Source: an uncultured Ruminiclostridium sp.
GTDB taxonomy: Bacteria; Bacillota; Clostridia; Oscillospirales; Ruminococcaceae
Assembly (NCBI GenBank): GCA_934490165.1
Contig: CAKSTB010000008.1
Coordinates: 3,095-67,094, forward strand
DNA length: 64,000 nucleotides
Direction of reading: 5' to 3'
In this document: piece after piece, positions 37,051 through 46,614 of the stretch
Position numbering within the stretch: the first letter of the stretch is position 1
How the letters are laid out: each line of letters starts with the position of its first letter
Translations under genes and position numbers: made by a program
Notes under the pieces: generated by a model
Told to the model about the DNA's origin: nothing
What the model saw: the letters and a program-made list of their open reading frames with translations, nothing else
Databases searched by the model: none

Positions 37051-39618
37051 TCATCGGTTGTGCAGTGTACCGCTCCACTCAGACAAAATGCTCTCGGCTT
37101 TGTCAAAGTCGCAGTCATCTACTGCCTTTTTTATATCATCAAAATACGTCATGTCGGAAGCAGACGTATTCTGCGATATCTTCTCCAAAACATCATCGAT
37201 CTGCAAAGCGTCCATATCCGACAGCGCATCGGACAGCTCGTCAAGCAGAGGTTTTATTTCCTGCTTTTCGGGCTTTTCGTTATCCTTATTGCCGAAATGC
37301 ACGGAAAGCACATTCTTCATAGCCTTGTACTCATCAAGGAACTTTTCGATATTCTCACTTATATAAATGTAATTGTTTTCTTTGCCCGCCGTTTCCAGAT
37401 CTTTCGCCGTCTGCGACAGTCTGTTTGCACCTATCTGCTTCGAAGTGCTTTTAAGCGAGTGGAACTCTATCGTCAGCAGTTCAATGTTGCCGTTGCCGTA
37501 AGAAGCGTTTATCCTGGCAATATTTTTGTCTATCGACCTGTAATACTGCTCAATAACGCCGAGCAGCAGCTTTTCGCTTCCCATAAGCGCCATAGCACCC
37601 TTAAGGTCAAGCTCGGGTATATCGGGGAGTATATGCTGTGGCGGCTCGGTGTCATTCGGCTTGCCGACAGGAATTATTTTTTCCGACGGCAGCCATCGCC
37701 TTATCTTGTTTGTGATAGTCCTGAGCGAAATAGGCTTTGCTATAAAGTCGCTCATGCCCTCTCTCAGAAACATTTCCCTTGCGTCAACCGCGGCGTTTGC
37801 CGTCAGTGCTATTATCGGCACATCGGCATACGACGGAAAACGCTGTTTTATAATATGTGCCGCTTCTATACCGTCCATTTCGGGCATCATATGATCCATA
37901 AAGATGATATCGTAACGGAAATTACGCGCTTTCTCAATACATTCCGCACCGCTAGCGGCTACGTCGACCTGCATACCGAGCGGTTCTATAACACCTTTCG
38001 CGACTGCACGGTTTATATCGTTATCATCAACGATAAGCACATATGCTTCGGGTGCGGTAAAGCTGACATCGCTTGAGGTATCATCATTTCGGGTGAACTT
38101 TTCGCCTATTCCCATTGCGGCGGAAAGCGTGAACGAATAAATCGGCTTTCTTATAATCGTTATATTTTTATCATCGGAATACGCCGTGCTGTCAAATCGG
38201 TCTATCAGTACGCACCTGAGCCCCGGATTTTCGGCAACAAGCTCCCTTGCGTCATTTAAAAGCTCATAATCTCCTATAATATACGCCTTGCTGTCAAGCA
38301 GTGCACGGTCAATGCTTACAGGCAATACGCCTATCTGTCTGACAGCGGTTTCAACGCTCTCCCTCAGGTACTGATTTCCGATCAGAAGACACGCTACAGT
38401 TCCTTCAAGGGCTTTTCTCGCATTTGAATGTTCGTCCTTTATAAGCTCCTGCGGAACTTCAACTGTAAACGTACTGCCCTTGCCCGGCTCGCTTTCCACA
38501 GATATTGTACCGCCCATAAGGCTCAGCAGCTTTTGGGATATTGCAAGACCTAGCCCCGTACCCTCGGCGTTTCGGTTTCTTTTGCTGTCTATCTGTCTGA
38601 ACATCTTGAACAGCCTGCCTATGTTCTCCTGAGATATTCCGCAGCCGGTATCCGATACAGACGCAATAAGCATAACATTCTCGTTAGATATCGGTCTTGT
38701 GCTTATTCTCAGCGATACATTACCGCTCCTTGTAAACTTGACCGCGTTGTTAAGCAGATTTATAAGCACCTGCTGAATACGCACATTATCACCCTTGAGG
38801 CTAAGCGGCAGATCAGGAGGTACATCTATTGTAAATTCTATATTCTTACTGCCTATCTGGTTATTGACGATACCTGCCACATCGTTTATAAGCGACAGCG
38901 GCTCATAGTCGACAGGCACTATAGACATTTCACCTGTTTCTATCTTTGAAAAATCAAGTATGTCATTTATGATCATCAGCAGATGATGTGCAGACGACTT
39001 TATCTGATGAAGATACTCCCTCATCTCATCGCTCATATCGCGTCTTAATGCGATCTCGGCAGTACCGAGAACAGCATTGAGCGGTGTTCTCATCTCGTGG
39101 CTGACATTGGCGAGAAAGTCCGAACGGTGTTCGGCTATCTTAAGTGCGGCATCAGTCATCTGCTTCATCTCGGCGGAAGACGCAACTATTGCCGAGAGAT
39201 TTATCGCAAGCTCGCATACCGCTTTGGAAAGCTTGTCGGCAAGCTCATATGATATGATATTCTCGGACGGTATCGTCTTTTCGCCGATCTTTGTAAAGCC
39301 TGCGGCAAGATATCCGACTGTCTGTGAGCCCTGCTTTATCGGAGCGGAAAAGAGCGTCAGTCCGTCAAAGCACATACCGCTTGCCGCATATCCGTTTTCC
39401 GCTCTTCTGATCGATGCAGAAATTATACAGCGCATACACTCAACCGCGCCGGCATCGGTATCAAGCCGCTTACGCAACTCCTCGGAAAAGCCTGTTCCGC
39501 CCGAATGGCTCTTGCCAAACAAATTCAGTATCATTGCCGCAACTCCGAAAACATCGGATATTGATTTTTCCATACGGCTCAGCGTCTGAGCGGAAATGTA
39601 TTCGGTGATATCTGTCAA
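37051..39618 (-). CDS. Hybrid sensor histidine kinase: N-terminal sensory domain (tentatively PocR/PAS-like), HisKA, HATPase, receiver, Hpt.
   Basis: H-box SHEMRTPLN. G-boxes DTGCGI and GTGLGLAISQ. REC: VLIVDDNDINR...FMDHMMPEMDG. C-terminal Hpt: EFHSLKSTSKQIGA. Confidence 0.9.
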   Translation of the reverse strand: MTDITEYISAQTLSRMEKSISDVFGVAAMILNLFGKSHSGGTGFSEELRKRLDTDAGAVECMRCIISASIRRAENGYAASGMCFDGLTLFSAPIKQGSQTVGYLAAGFTKIGEKTIPSENIISYELADKLSKAVCELAINLSAIVASSAEMKQMTDAALKIAEHRSDFLANVSHEMRTPLNAVLGTAEIALRRDMSDEMREYLHQIKSSAHHLLMIINDILDFSKIETGEMSIVPVDYEPLSLINDVAGIVNNQIGSKNIEFTIDVPPDLPLSLKGDNVRIQQVLINLLNNAVKFTRSGNVSLRISTRPISNENVMLIASVSDTGCGISQENIGRLFKMFRQIDSKRNRNAEGTGLGLAISQKLLSLMGGTISVESEPGKGSTFTVEVPQELIKDEHSNARKALEGTVACLLIGNQYLRESVETAVRQIGVLPVSIDRALLDSKAYIIGDYELLNDARELVAENPGLRCVLIDRFDSTAYSDDKNITIIRKPIYSFTLSAAMGIGEKFTRNDDTSSDVSFTAPEAYVLIVDDNDINRAVAKGVIEPLGMQVDVAASGAECIEKARNFRYDIIFMDHMMPEMDGIEAAHIIKQRFPSYADVPIIALTANAAVDAREMFLREGMSDFIAKPISLRTITNKIRRWLPSEKIIPVGKPNDTEPPQHILPDIPELDLKGAMALMGSEKLLLGVIEQYYRSIDKNIARINASYGNGNIELLTIEFHSLKSTSKQIGANRLSQTAKDLETAGKENNYIYISENIEKFLDEYKAMKNVLSVHFGNKDNEKPEKQEIKPLLDELSDALSDMDALQIDDVLEKISQNTSASDMTYFDDIKKAVDDCDFDKAESILSEWSGTLHNR

Positions 39619-39630
39619 GATTATCCTCCT

Positions 39631-40491
39631 TTAACCTATCAGACTTCTTATAAGAAGGAACAGCCTGTCCATATTTATCGGCTTGAGAAGATATCCCTGC
39701 AAATTCATCGATAAGACCTGCTGTACCTTATCCGAATCGGTAACACCCGTAAGGAATACAACCGGTATGTTAGCAAGTCTGCTGTTATCTCTTATCTTGG
39801 TAAGCACCTCTGCCCCGCTCTCGCCCGGCATATGGTAGTCAAGAAGTATAAGATCCGACATTTTGGTTTCAAGATACTTTTCAGCCATTCTGCCGCTTGA
39901 AACGGTCGTAACATCATACTTGTCCTCAAGTGCCGATTTCAGCATTCTCAGTATGTCCTTATCATCGTCTACCACAAGGATATGCTTTTTAATGATTTTT
40001 TCCGCTGTCGGCGCGAAATTACCTATCCTGTCATAAGAGCCAGCCGAAACGCTCTGTGCAGGACGTATATGCTTGCTTCCGGCGGAATAGATATCATCAT
40101 TGTCGTCATGACGTTTTTCACACATAGGTCCGGCTATCTCAAATACATTGGTAAGTATTGCAGGTATCGTTACCGGCCGCCTCAGCATAGCGTCAAACAG
40201 GTCTGCGTTTTTCAGTCTGCACTCGTCGCAAACATCTGCATTTGCAATAAGCATAAACGGCAGATCAAAAGTCGACTCGTCACGCTTCATAAGATAATAC
40301 TGCTGTATCATCTCTTCGTCATAATCCTCAAATACCGTGATGAACATATCGGGCTTGAATACAGCGATATGCTGTTTTATATCATCGGGATAACCCGGTG
40401 TACTCAAAAATACAAATCTATCATCGGGATAAGCCAGCAGATCTTTGAAAAGTGACGGTCTGCGGCTGTTTATCAGAACTCTTATTTTCAA
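39631..40491 (-). CDS. Response regulator with a degenerate N-terminal receiver-like domain and a canonical C-terminal receiver. No output domain.
   Basis: C-terminal REC: ILVVDDDKDILRMLK...LLDYHMPGESG...LKP. The N-terminal half is REC-like in length but I cannot find the acidic pocket. Confidence 0.8.
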   Translation of the reverse strand: MKIRVLINSRRPSLFKDLLAYPDDRFVFLSTPGYPDDIKQHIAVFKPDMFITVFEDYDEEMIQQYYLMKRDESTFDLPFMLIANADVCDECRLKNADLFDAMLRRPVTIPAILTNVFEIAGPMCEKRHDDNDDIYSAGSKHIRPAQSVSAGSYDRIGNFAPTAEKIIKKHILVVDDDKDILRMLKSALEDKYDVTTVSSGRMAEKYLETKMSDLILLDYHMPGESGAEVLTKIRDNSRLANIPVVFLTGVTDSDKVQQVLSMNLQGYLLKPINMDRLFLLIRSLIG

Positions 40492-40664
40492 AATTTCACA
40501 GCTCCTTCATTTCTTTACAAAAGTGTATCGTTGACCCTATACAAAATTAAATATATAGTTCTCCAAATTAAAATTTTATCAGGAAATAGCAAAAAAGTCA
40601 AGAAAAACGTGAGTGCGGCAAAAAATAAAGGACACCCGAAACGGAATGTCCCTTAGTATGATAT

Positions 40665-40751
40665 AATGAAATCATTGCCGCAGGCAACGATGAAATCTGC
40701 TATGCAGATGAAATCTGTTGCACAGGTGAAATCCGCTACGCGGATGAAATC
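40665..40751. repeat. Tandem array of five RRTGAAATC motifs. The last four are spaced 18 nt apart, and each interval forms a mini-hairpin.
   Basis: AATGAAATC-ATTGCCGCAGGCAAC-GATGAAATC-TGCTATGCA-GATGAAATC-TGTTGCACA-GGTGAAATC-CGCTACGCG-GATGAAATC. For example, ATCTGC-TAT-GCAGAT and ATCCGC-TAC-GCGGAT are perfect 6-bp stems with 3-nt loops. Confidence 0.85.
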
Positions 40752-40774
40752 AAACACGTCTTATCTCTTGCTGT

Positions 40775-40950
40775 AAGGAAGAATTATTCCGTCAGTAGGA
40801 CGGATTTAATTGAAAAAAGCCACATCCGTCTAAAGACAAATGTGGCTTTTTTCGTGGTGCGGGAAATGGGACTTGAACCCACACGCCAATACTGACACAA
40901 GCACCTCAAGCTTGCCTGTCTGCCGATTCCAGCATCCCCGCAAATCAGCA
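40775..40950. repeat. Inverted-repeat arm 2, partner of 10291-10466.
   Basis: The reverse complement aligns with 10291-10466. See arm 1. Confidence 0.9.
40855..40941 (-). tRNA. tRNA-Leu (anticodon GAG), second identical copy.
   Basis: The reverse complement is identical over all 87 nt to 10299-10385. It has its own consensus promoter upstream on the minus strand (TTGACA, 17 nt, TATAAT around 40957-40985). Confidence 0.9.
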
Positions 40951-41048
40951 TAATCTATTATAGCAGAATAAAAACGGTTTGTCAAGCAATTTTTAAAATT
41001 TTCTTCAGAAAATTTTAAAAATCCGACAAACCGTTTTGTTATTCCGTT

Positions 41049-41513
41049 TTATCTGTTGCGCATTTTAAGCTCGCGGTCGATCGTACGCTTTGCGTCACGC
41101 TGTGCCATAGCGTCGCGCTTATCGTGGAGCTTTTTACCTTTGCAAAGTCCGACCTGAACCTTTACTCTGCTTCCTTTAAAGTAAACGGAGATCGGGATAA
41201 GCGTCAGACCGTCCTGCTTCACCTGTCCGAGCAGCTTCATTATCTCACGCTTATGCATAAGGAGCTTTCGGGTTCTCAGCGGGTCTTTATTAAAGATGTT
41301 GCCTTTCTCATAAGGTGATATGTGCATCTGCTTTATATATGCCTCGCCGTCATCTATCGAGATCCAGCTATCCTTCAGGTTAAGCCCGCCCTCGCGGATC
41401 GACTTTACCTCTGTTCCCGTAAGCTCTATTCCCGCTTCATAGCTTTCAAGCACAAAATAGTCATGCCGTGCCTTTCTGTTGTCAGCTATCGTTTTAAGTG
41501 CCGTTTTCTCCAT
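41049..41513 (-). CDS. smpB: SsrA-binding protein.
   Basis: [36 protein letters not shown]...[27 protein letters not shown]. 154 aa. Confidence 0.95.
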   Translation of the reverse strand: MEKTALKTIADNRKARHDYFVLESYEAGIELTGTEVKSIREGGLNLKDSWISIDDGEAYIKQMHISPYEKGNIFNKDPLRTRKLLMHKREIMKLLGQVKQDGLTLIPISVYFKGSRVKVQVGLCKGKKLHDKRDAMAQRDAKRTIDRELKMRNR

Positions 41514-41955
41514 TGTGACCCCTCTTTTCTTATATATAAGGTATGATCCGGTTTATTCTCGACCGGACTGTATGCCTGTATTCACTGTCATAAATAAGGT
41601 GTAAATATTATTTTACTATAAAACCGATATTTTTGCAAGCTAATTTGCAAGTACATTGTAAAAAATTCCTGCATTTTGCAATAACATAATTCAAAACTTG
41701 CGTAAATATGCGGTGAAACAGGTCGTTTTTGTGCTTTTTTGAGTTTTTTAAACTTTTTTATGAAAATTTTAAAAAAACTATTGCAAATTTTGCGTATATG
41801 TGATATACTTTTTCTTGCAGTTAAAAAACACTTACGGCTTTAGTTCTTAAGAATGTACTAAAACTTACCGATTGAGTCGGTTTTCTCACAAATTACTTTC
41901 TGAAAAACGCAGAAAAACCGAGCATATCCGTAAAAATGCGGTATATCGTACTTGA

Positions 41956-43335
<1,380 letters not shown>

Positions 43336-43379
43336 TAATCCGATTTCGCTAAAACTACTCCCTTAAAGGAGGGCTTTAT

Positions 43380-43544
43380 ATGAAACACGGTACTTTATCT
43401 CATGGCAAGAAGAGCACGGTCGACCCGAAAACCTCCCTTGTAAGAAATGACGGAAGTGTCAAGCGCACAGACGATCTTTCAAGCACAGGACTGGAATTTC
43501 ACAAACCGTTTACTCATGGCAAGCCCGATAAAGATAACAAGTAA
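43380..43544 (+). CDS. Small basic hydrophilic protein (54 aa), unknown function. It is not in the supplied ORF track.
   Basis: SD AAAGGAGGG lies 7 nt upstream of the ATG. Translation: MKHGTLSHGKKSTVDPKTSLVRNDGSVKRTDDLSSTGLEFHKPFTHGKPDKDNK. A strong terminator follows immediately. Confidence 0.5.
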   Translation: MKHGTLSHGKKSTVDPKTSLVRNDGSVKRTDDLSSTGLEFHKPFTHGKPDKDNK

Positions 43545-43552
43545 ATAAACGG

Positions 43553-43584
43553 CCTCCGCACTGTAACAGGTGCGGAGGTTTTTA
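43553..43584 (+). terminator. Rho-independent terminator (gdhA / small ORF).
   Basis: CCTCCGCA-loop-TGCGGAGG followed by TTTTTAT. Confidence 0.75.
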
Positions 43585-43594
43585 TATGTTGAAA

Positions 43595-43639
43595 CTAAAA
43601 TAAACCCGCCCTGTGTTACTGTACACACGGGGCGGGTTT
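43595..43639 (-). terminator. Terminator of the GH2 gene.
   Basis: Stem AAACCCGCCC (43602-43611) / GGGCGGGTTT (43630-43639). A T-rich tract follows on the minus strand. Confidence 0.7.
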
Positions 43640-43648
43640 CATAATATA

Positions 43649-46333
43649 TCAGTAATTCTCTGCTATGCTCTTTGCAAGCTGTTTTATTTCGGGAGCGTTT
43701 GCCGCTTCCCACAGCCTTATACTGCAATGAAGAACGCCGTTCTTCTTATACAGCATTCCAAGGCGGTGACAACGTTCGGTGTTGTCTACGACCTGAACTA
43801 TAGGTGTAATTTCAGGATCATCGTCAAGTATATCAGCCTTGCTGTGAGTTACCGCCTCATACCACTGGGGAGTGGTGAACTTTTCGGACGGGAAAGCGCT
43901 TAAAAGCTTGTCGTTCTTGTCAATAAGAAGTCCCATCGTTCCGGGTGCTACAGGCTTGTTCATGCTCTCGGAAATGATACGGAACATATGATAGTTCCAG
44001 AAATCGGCGCAGTATGCGTTTTCGATGGCGTTACTGCCGTCTGTTATAACCATGGCCTTTTTGCCGCTTGCGACAAGCTCGTTTGCCTTTTCTGCACTGT
44101 CAACAAATATCAGCTCATCGTCTGCCGTCTTTATGCCGTTCTCGGTAATTTCAACATCGACATCGGGATAAAGCCAGAATACATAGCTGTTGTGAAGCTC
44201 GCCGAGAGTAAGGGTGAGTACTGCTTTCTGCGGCTTTGTAATATTGCTGAAATCGGGAGTAAATGTGCCGACAGACGTAAGACGTGTATCGGAAGATGTG
44301 AACTCGGCACTGCCTTTTATGTTGAGTTCATCGCTAGTAAGCGAATACTGCACTGCTCCGCTCTTTATCTTCTCCTTTCCGTATGACGAAAGGAGAATTT
44401 CGATAACGGGCTTTTCATCTGCACCGTAAACGTACTTTTCGGATCTTGCGAGCAGAACGTTGCTGTCGCAGAAGCCTCTCCAGTCCTCGGGAGTAATAAA
44501 TCCCTTTGACTGCATAAATGCATTGAGCACACCGACAAGCGATACGCCCTGACCGTTGAAGTCCTGCAAGTCAAGAAGCTGGAAGCCGCTGAGCTCAGAT
44601 GAACGCAGAGCCGTTTCAATTTCGTCCTTATAGCACTGCGTACAGTGTGCGCCGACCGCTTCAAAGAAATCTCTCCACTGCTTATACAGTCCCTTTTCTT
44701 CAAGTCTTTCTCTGAATATGTCGAGATAACGGGGGTTAAGCGGACCTGTGTACATCTTCATCTCGTCGAAGTCGGGGAAGTAATCGTACTGTCCGACCTC
44801 GTGTGAGATCACGGGCTTGTGGGGGATATAGCTTCCGTCTGCGGCGTTAAGCTTGACGGTCTTTACGCCTGTACCGTACTGTATCTGTATCGTGTCGCCG
44901 CCCTCGTTCTCGGAGCCGTTCTCGCCGCGAATTATCGCGTCATAATCGTGAACGGTATTAGGCTTGTCGGTCTGAATATGTCCGAGAGGTGCGTCACACA
45001 TAGCGTATGAACCTCTGAAAAGTCTGTCGCGGGAAAGTCTTACGCCTGCGAAGAAGTCTTCCTGAGGAATTTCGGCGGGCCAGAACTGGAAGTTGTTTGA
45101 GCCGCTCGTGAAATAGATCGAATGATTTTCGCGGCGGAGGATATCGATTATTTCTCCCAGTCTTTCACGGCTGCCCCAAAGCTCGTTTCCGAGCGACATC
45201 ATAACAAATGAGGGGTGGTGTGAAAACTCTCTTATTATGCGGATACCCTCGTTTATGAGGTAGTTCTGCTCCTCCTCGTTGTAGCCGTCCTCGCCCTTTG
45301 CGGCGATCGTTCCCCAGAAAGGAAGCTCGGGCTCCATATAGATACCCAGCTCATCGGCGGCTGTAAATGCGGCATCGGGAGGACAGCAGGTATGGAAACG
45401 ATAGTGGTTTATACCATAGCTCTTAGCTATTTTCAAGCGCTCCTTCCACTCGTTCACATCGCACGGAGCGTAGCCTGTGAGCGGGAATATAAGTCCGTCA
45501 TGCTTTCCTCGCAGGAACGATTCTCTGCCGTTTACAAGCAGCTTTCTGTCAATATTCGAGAATGTGACAAATCCGAATGTAGTATTGTAAATATCCTCGC
45601 CGCACTGCAAAGTAAGGCGGTAAACGTTGCGTTCAAATTCGTCCCAGAGTTGAGCGTTTTCAAGCTTGAGCTCCGCTTCAAATGTATCGCCGTCTGCAAT
45701 AATATTCGCTTTGAGCACGCGTATTCCGTCAGGGGCTGTAACGGTAGCCATAATGTCGGCGTTATCCGCGCCGATAACACAGCCTTTTACAGATAATGCT
45801 CCGTCTGCCGAAGCGATCACCCTTACATCGGAAATATAGCTCTTGGGATAGATCTCAATATTCATCTTTCCGACAATACCGAGCCAGTTTGTCTGTGTAT
45901 CGGGGCTAGTCATATGTCCGCCGCCTGTCTTATAGCCGACATTTGCAACACGGATAACTATCTCGTGTGTGCCTGCAGTCATATATGAAGAAATGTCATA
46001 ACGGTGCGTACTGCAAAGGCTGTCGCAAGTGCCGACTTCCGCGCCGTCTATGTACAGTGTGCTGACTCTTGTACGTTCAAGTGTGAGCACAGATACAAAG
46101 CCTGTTATATCGCTTTCAAGCGTAAGCGAGCGCCTGAACCATGCGTATCCCGTAAAAGTATACTTATCGGTGAGATATCCCTCGTCCTTGTTCTTGTTCT
46201 CAGCTACCTTTGCGGCATTTGAAAGCGTATCAGGGAGAGTTATGCTGTCATTATACTTTTCAGGGAGTGCGGGAAGATTATTTTCGCTTATAAAAAGCTC
46301 CCACTTTCCGCTTATGTCTATTGTATTTATCAT
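43649..46333 (-). CDS. Glycoside hydrolase family 2 (beta-galactosidase/beta-mannosidase-like).
   Basis: 894 aa. The N-terminal sugar-binding pattern (GKWELF...WFRR) and a TIM-barrel with MMSLGNELWG are typical of GH2. Confidence 0.82.
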   Translation of the reverse strand: MINTIDISGKWELFISENNLPALPEKYNDSITLPDTLSNAAKVAENKNKDEGYLTDKYTFTGYAWFRRSLTLESDITGFVSVLTLERTRVSTLYIDGAEVGTCDSLCSTHRYDISSYMTAGTHEIVIRVANVGYKTGGGHMTSPDTQTNWLGIVGKMNIEIYPKSYISDVRVIASADGALSVKGCVIGADNADIMATVTAPDGIRVLKANIIADGDTFEAELKLENAQLWDEFERNVYRLTLQCGEDIYNTTFGFVTFSNIDRKLLVNGRESFLRGKHDGLIFPLTGYAPCDVNEWKERLKIAKSYGINHYRFHTCCPPDAAFTAADELGIYMEPELPFWGTIAAKGEDGYNEEEQNYLINEGIRIIREFSHHPSFVMMSLGNELWGSRERLGEIIDILRRENHSIYFTSGSNNFQFWPAEIPQEDFFAGVRLSRDRLFRGSYAMCDAPLGHIQTDKPNTVHDYDAIIRGENGSENEGGDTIQIQYGTGVKTVKLNAADGSYIPHKPVISHEVGQYDYFPDFDEMKMYTGPLNPRYLDIFRERLEEKGLYKQWRDFFEAVGAHCTQCYKDEIETALRSSELSGFQLLDLQDFNGQGVSLVGVLNAFMQSKGFITPEDWRGFCDSNVLLARSEKYVYGADEKPVIEILLSSYGKEKIKSGAVQYSLTSDELNIKGSAEFTSSDTRLTSVGTFTPDFSNITKPQKAVLTLTLGELHNSYVFWLYPDVDVEITENGIKTADDELIFVDSAEKANELVASGKKAMVITDGSNAIENAYCADFWNYHMFRIISESMNKPVAPGTMGLLIDKNDKLLSAFPSEKFTTPQWYEAVTHSKADILDDDPEITPIVQVVDNTERCHRLGMLYKKNGVLHCSIRLWEAANAPEIKQLAKSIAENY

Positions 46334-46350
46334 ATGATATTATCCTTTCG

Positions 46351-46364
46351 TGTGAACGTTTACA
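46351..46364. promoter_or_regulatory. Candidate cre site (CcpA/LacI-type operator) in the GH2 leader.
   Basis: TGTGAACGTTTACA fits the cre consensus TGWNANCGNTNWCA at every constrained position. It lies directly upstream of the GH2 SD (AAAGGA) and ATG (46333). Confidence 0.5.
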
Positions 46365-46614
46365 TTCTTTGCTAATAATACTATAAAGATCTTCCTGTGT
46401 CAATAGACAATCGGGAAGAAATATTAAATATTATCGGGTGAGATCAGGAAAAATTACCCGTTTAATTTAAATTCAGTTTAAAAAAGGCTAATATAATACA
46501 GATACAGGGTGAACAAAGCCCTATAAATGTTGCTATCTTCGTTTTCATATATTTCCCCAAAACAACGGTGTCCGGCTGTAAAAGGTCGGACACCGTTGTG
46601 TTTTATATTCTGTT

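Noticed and set aside
37048-38076. 342-aa ORF on the + strand.
   Set aside because: It is fully antisense to the well-supported hybrid histidine kinase gene. Its composition is Arg/Phe/Cys/Leu-rich and non-protein-like.
40667-40777. 36-codon ORF through the hairpin array (MKSLPQATMKSAMQMKSVAQVKSATRMKSNTSYLLL), and the similar MKSLCDEICLLAGERRI ORF at 10471-10524.
   Set aside because: There is no Shine-Dalgarno sequence upstream. The periodicity is better explained by the 18-nt DNA repeat. The two 'peptides' share only the first four codons. Kept as a repeat finding, not as a CDS.
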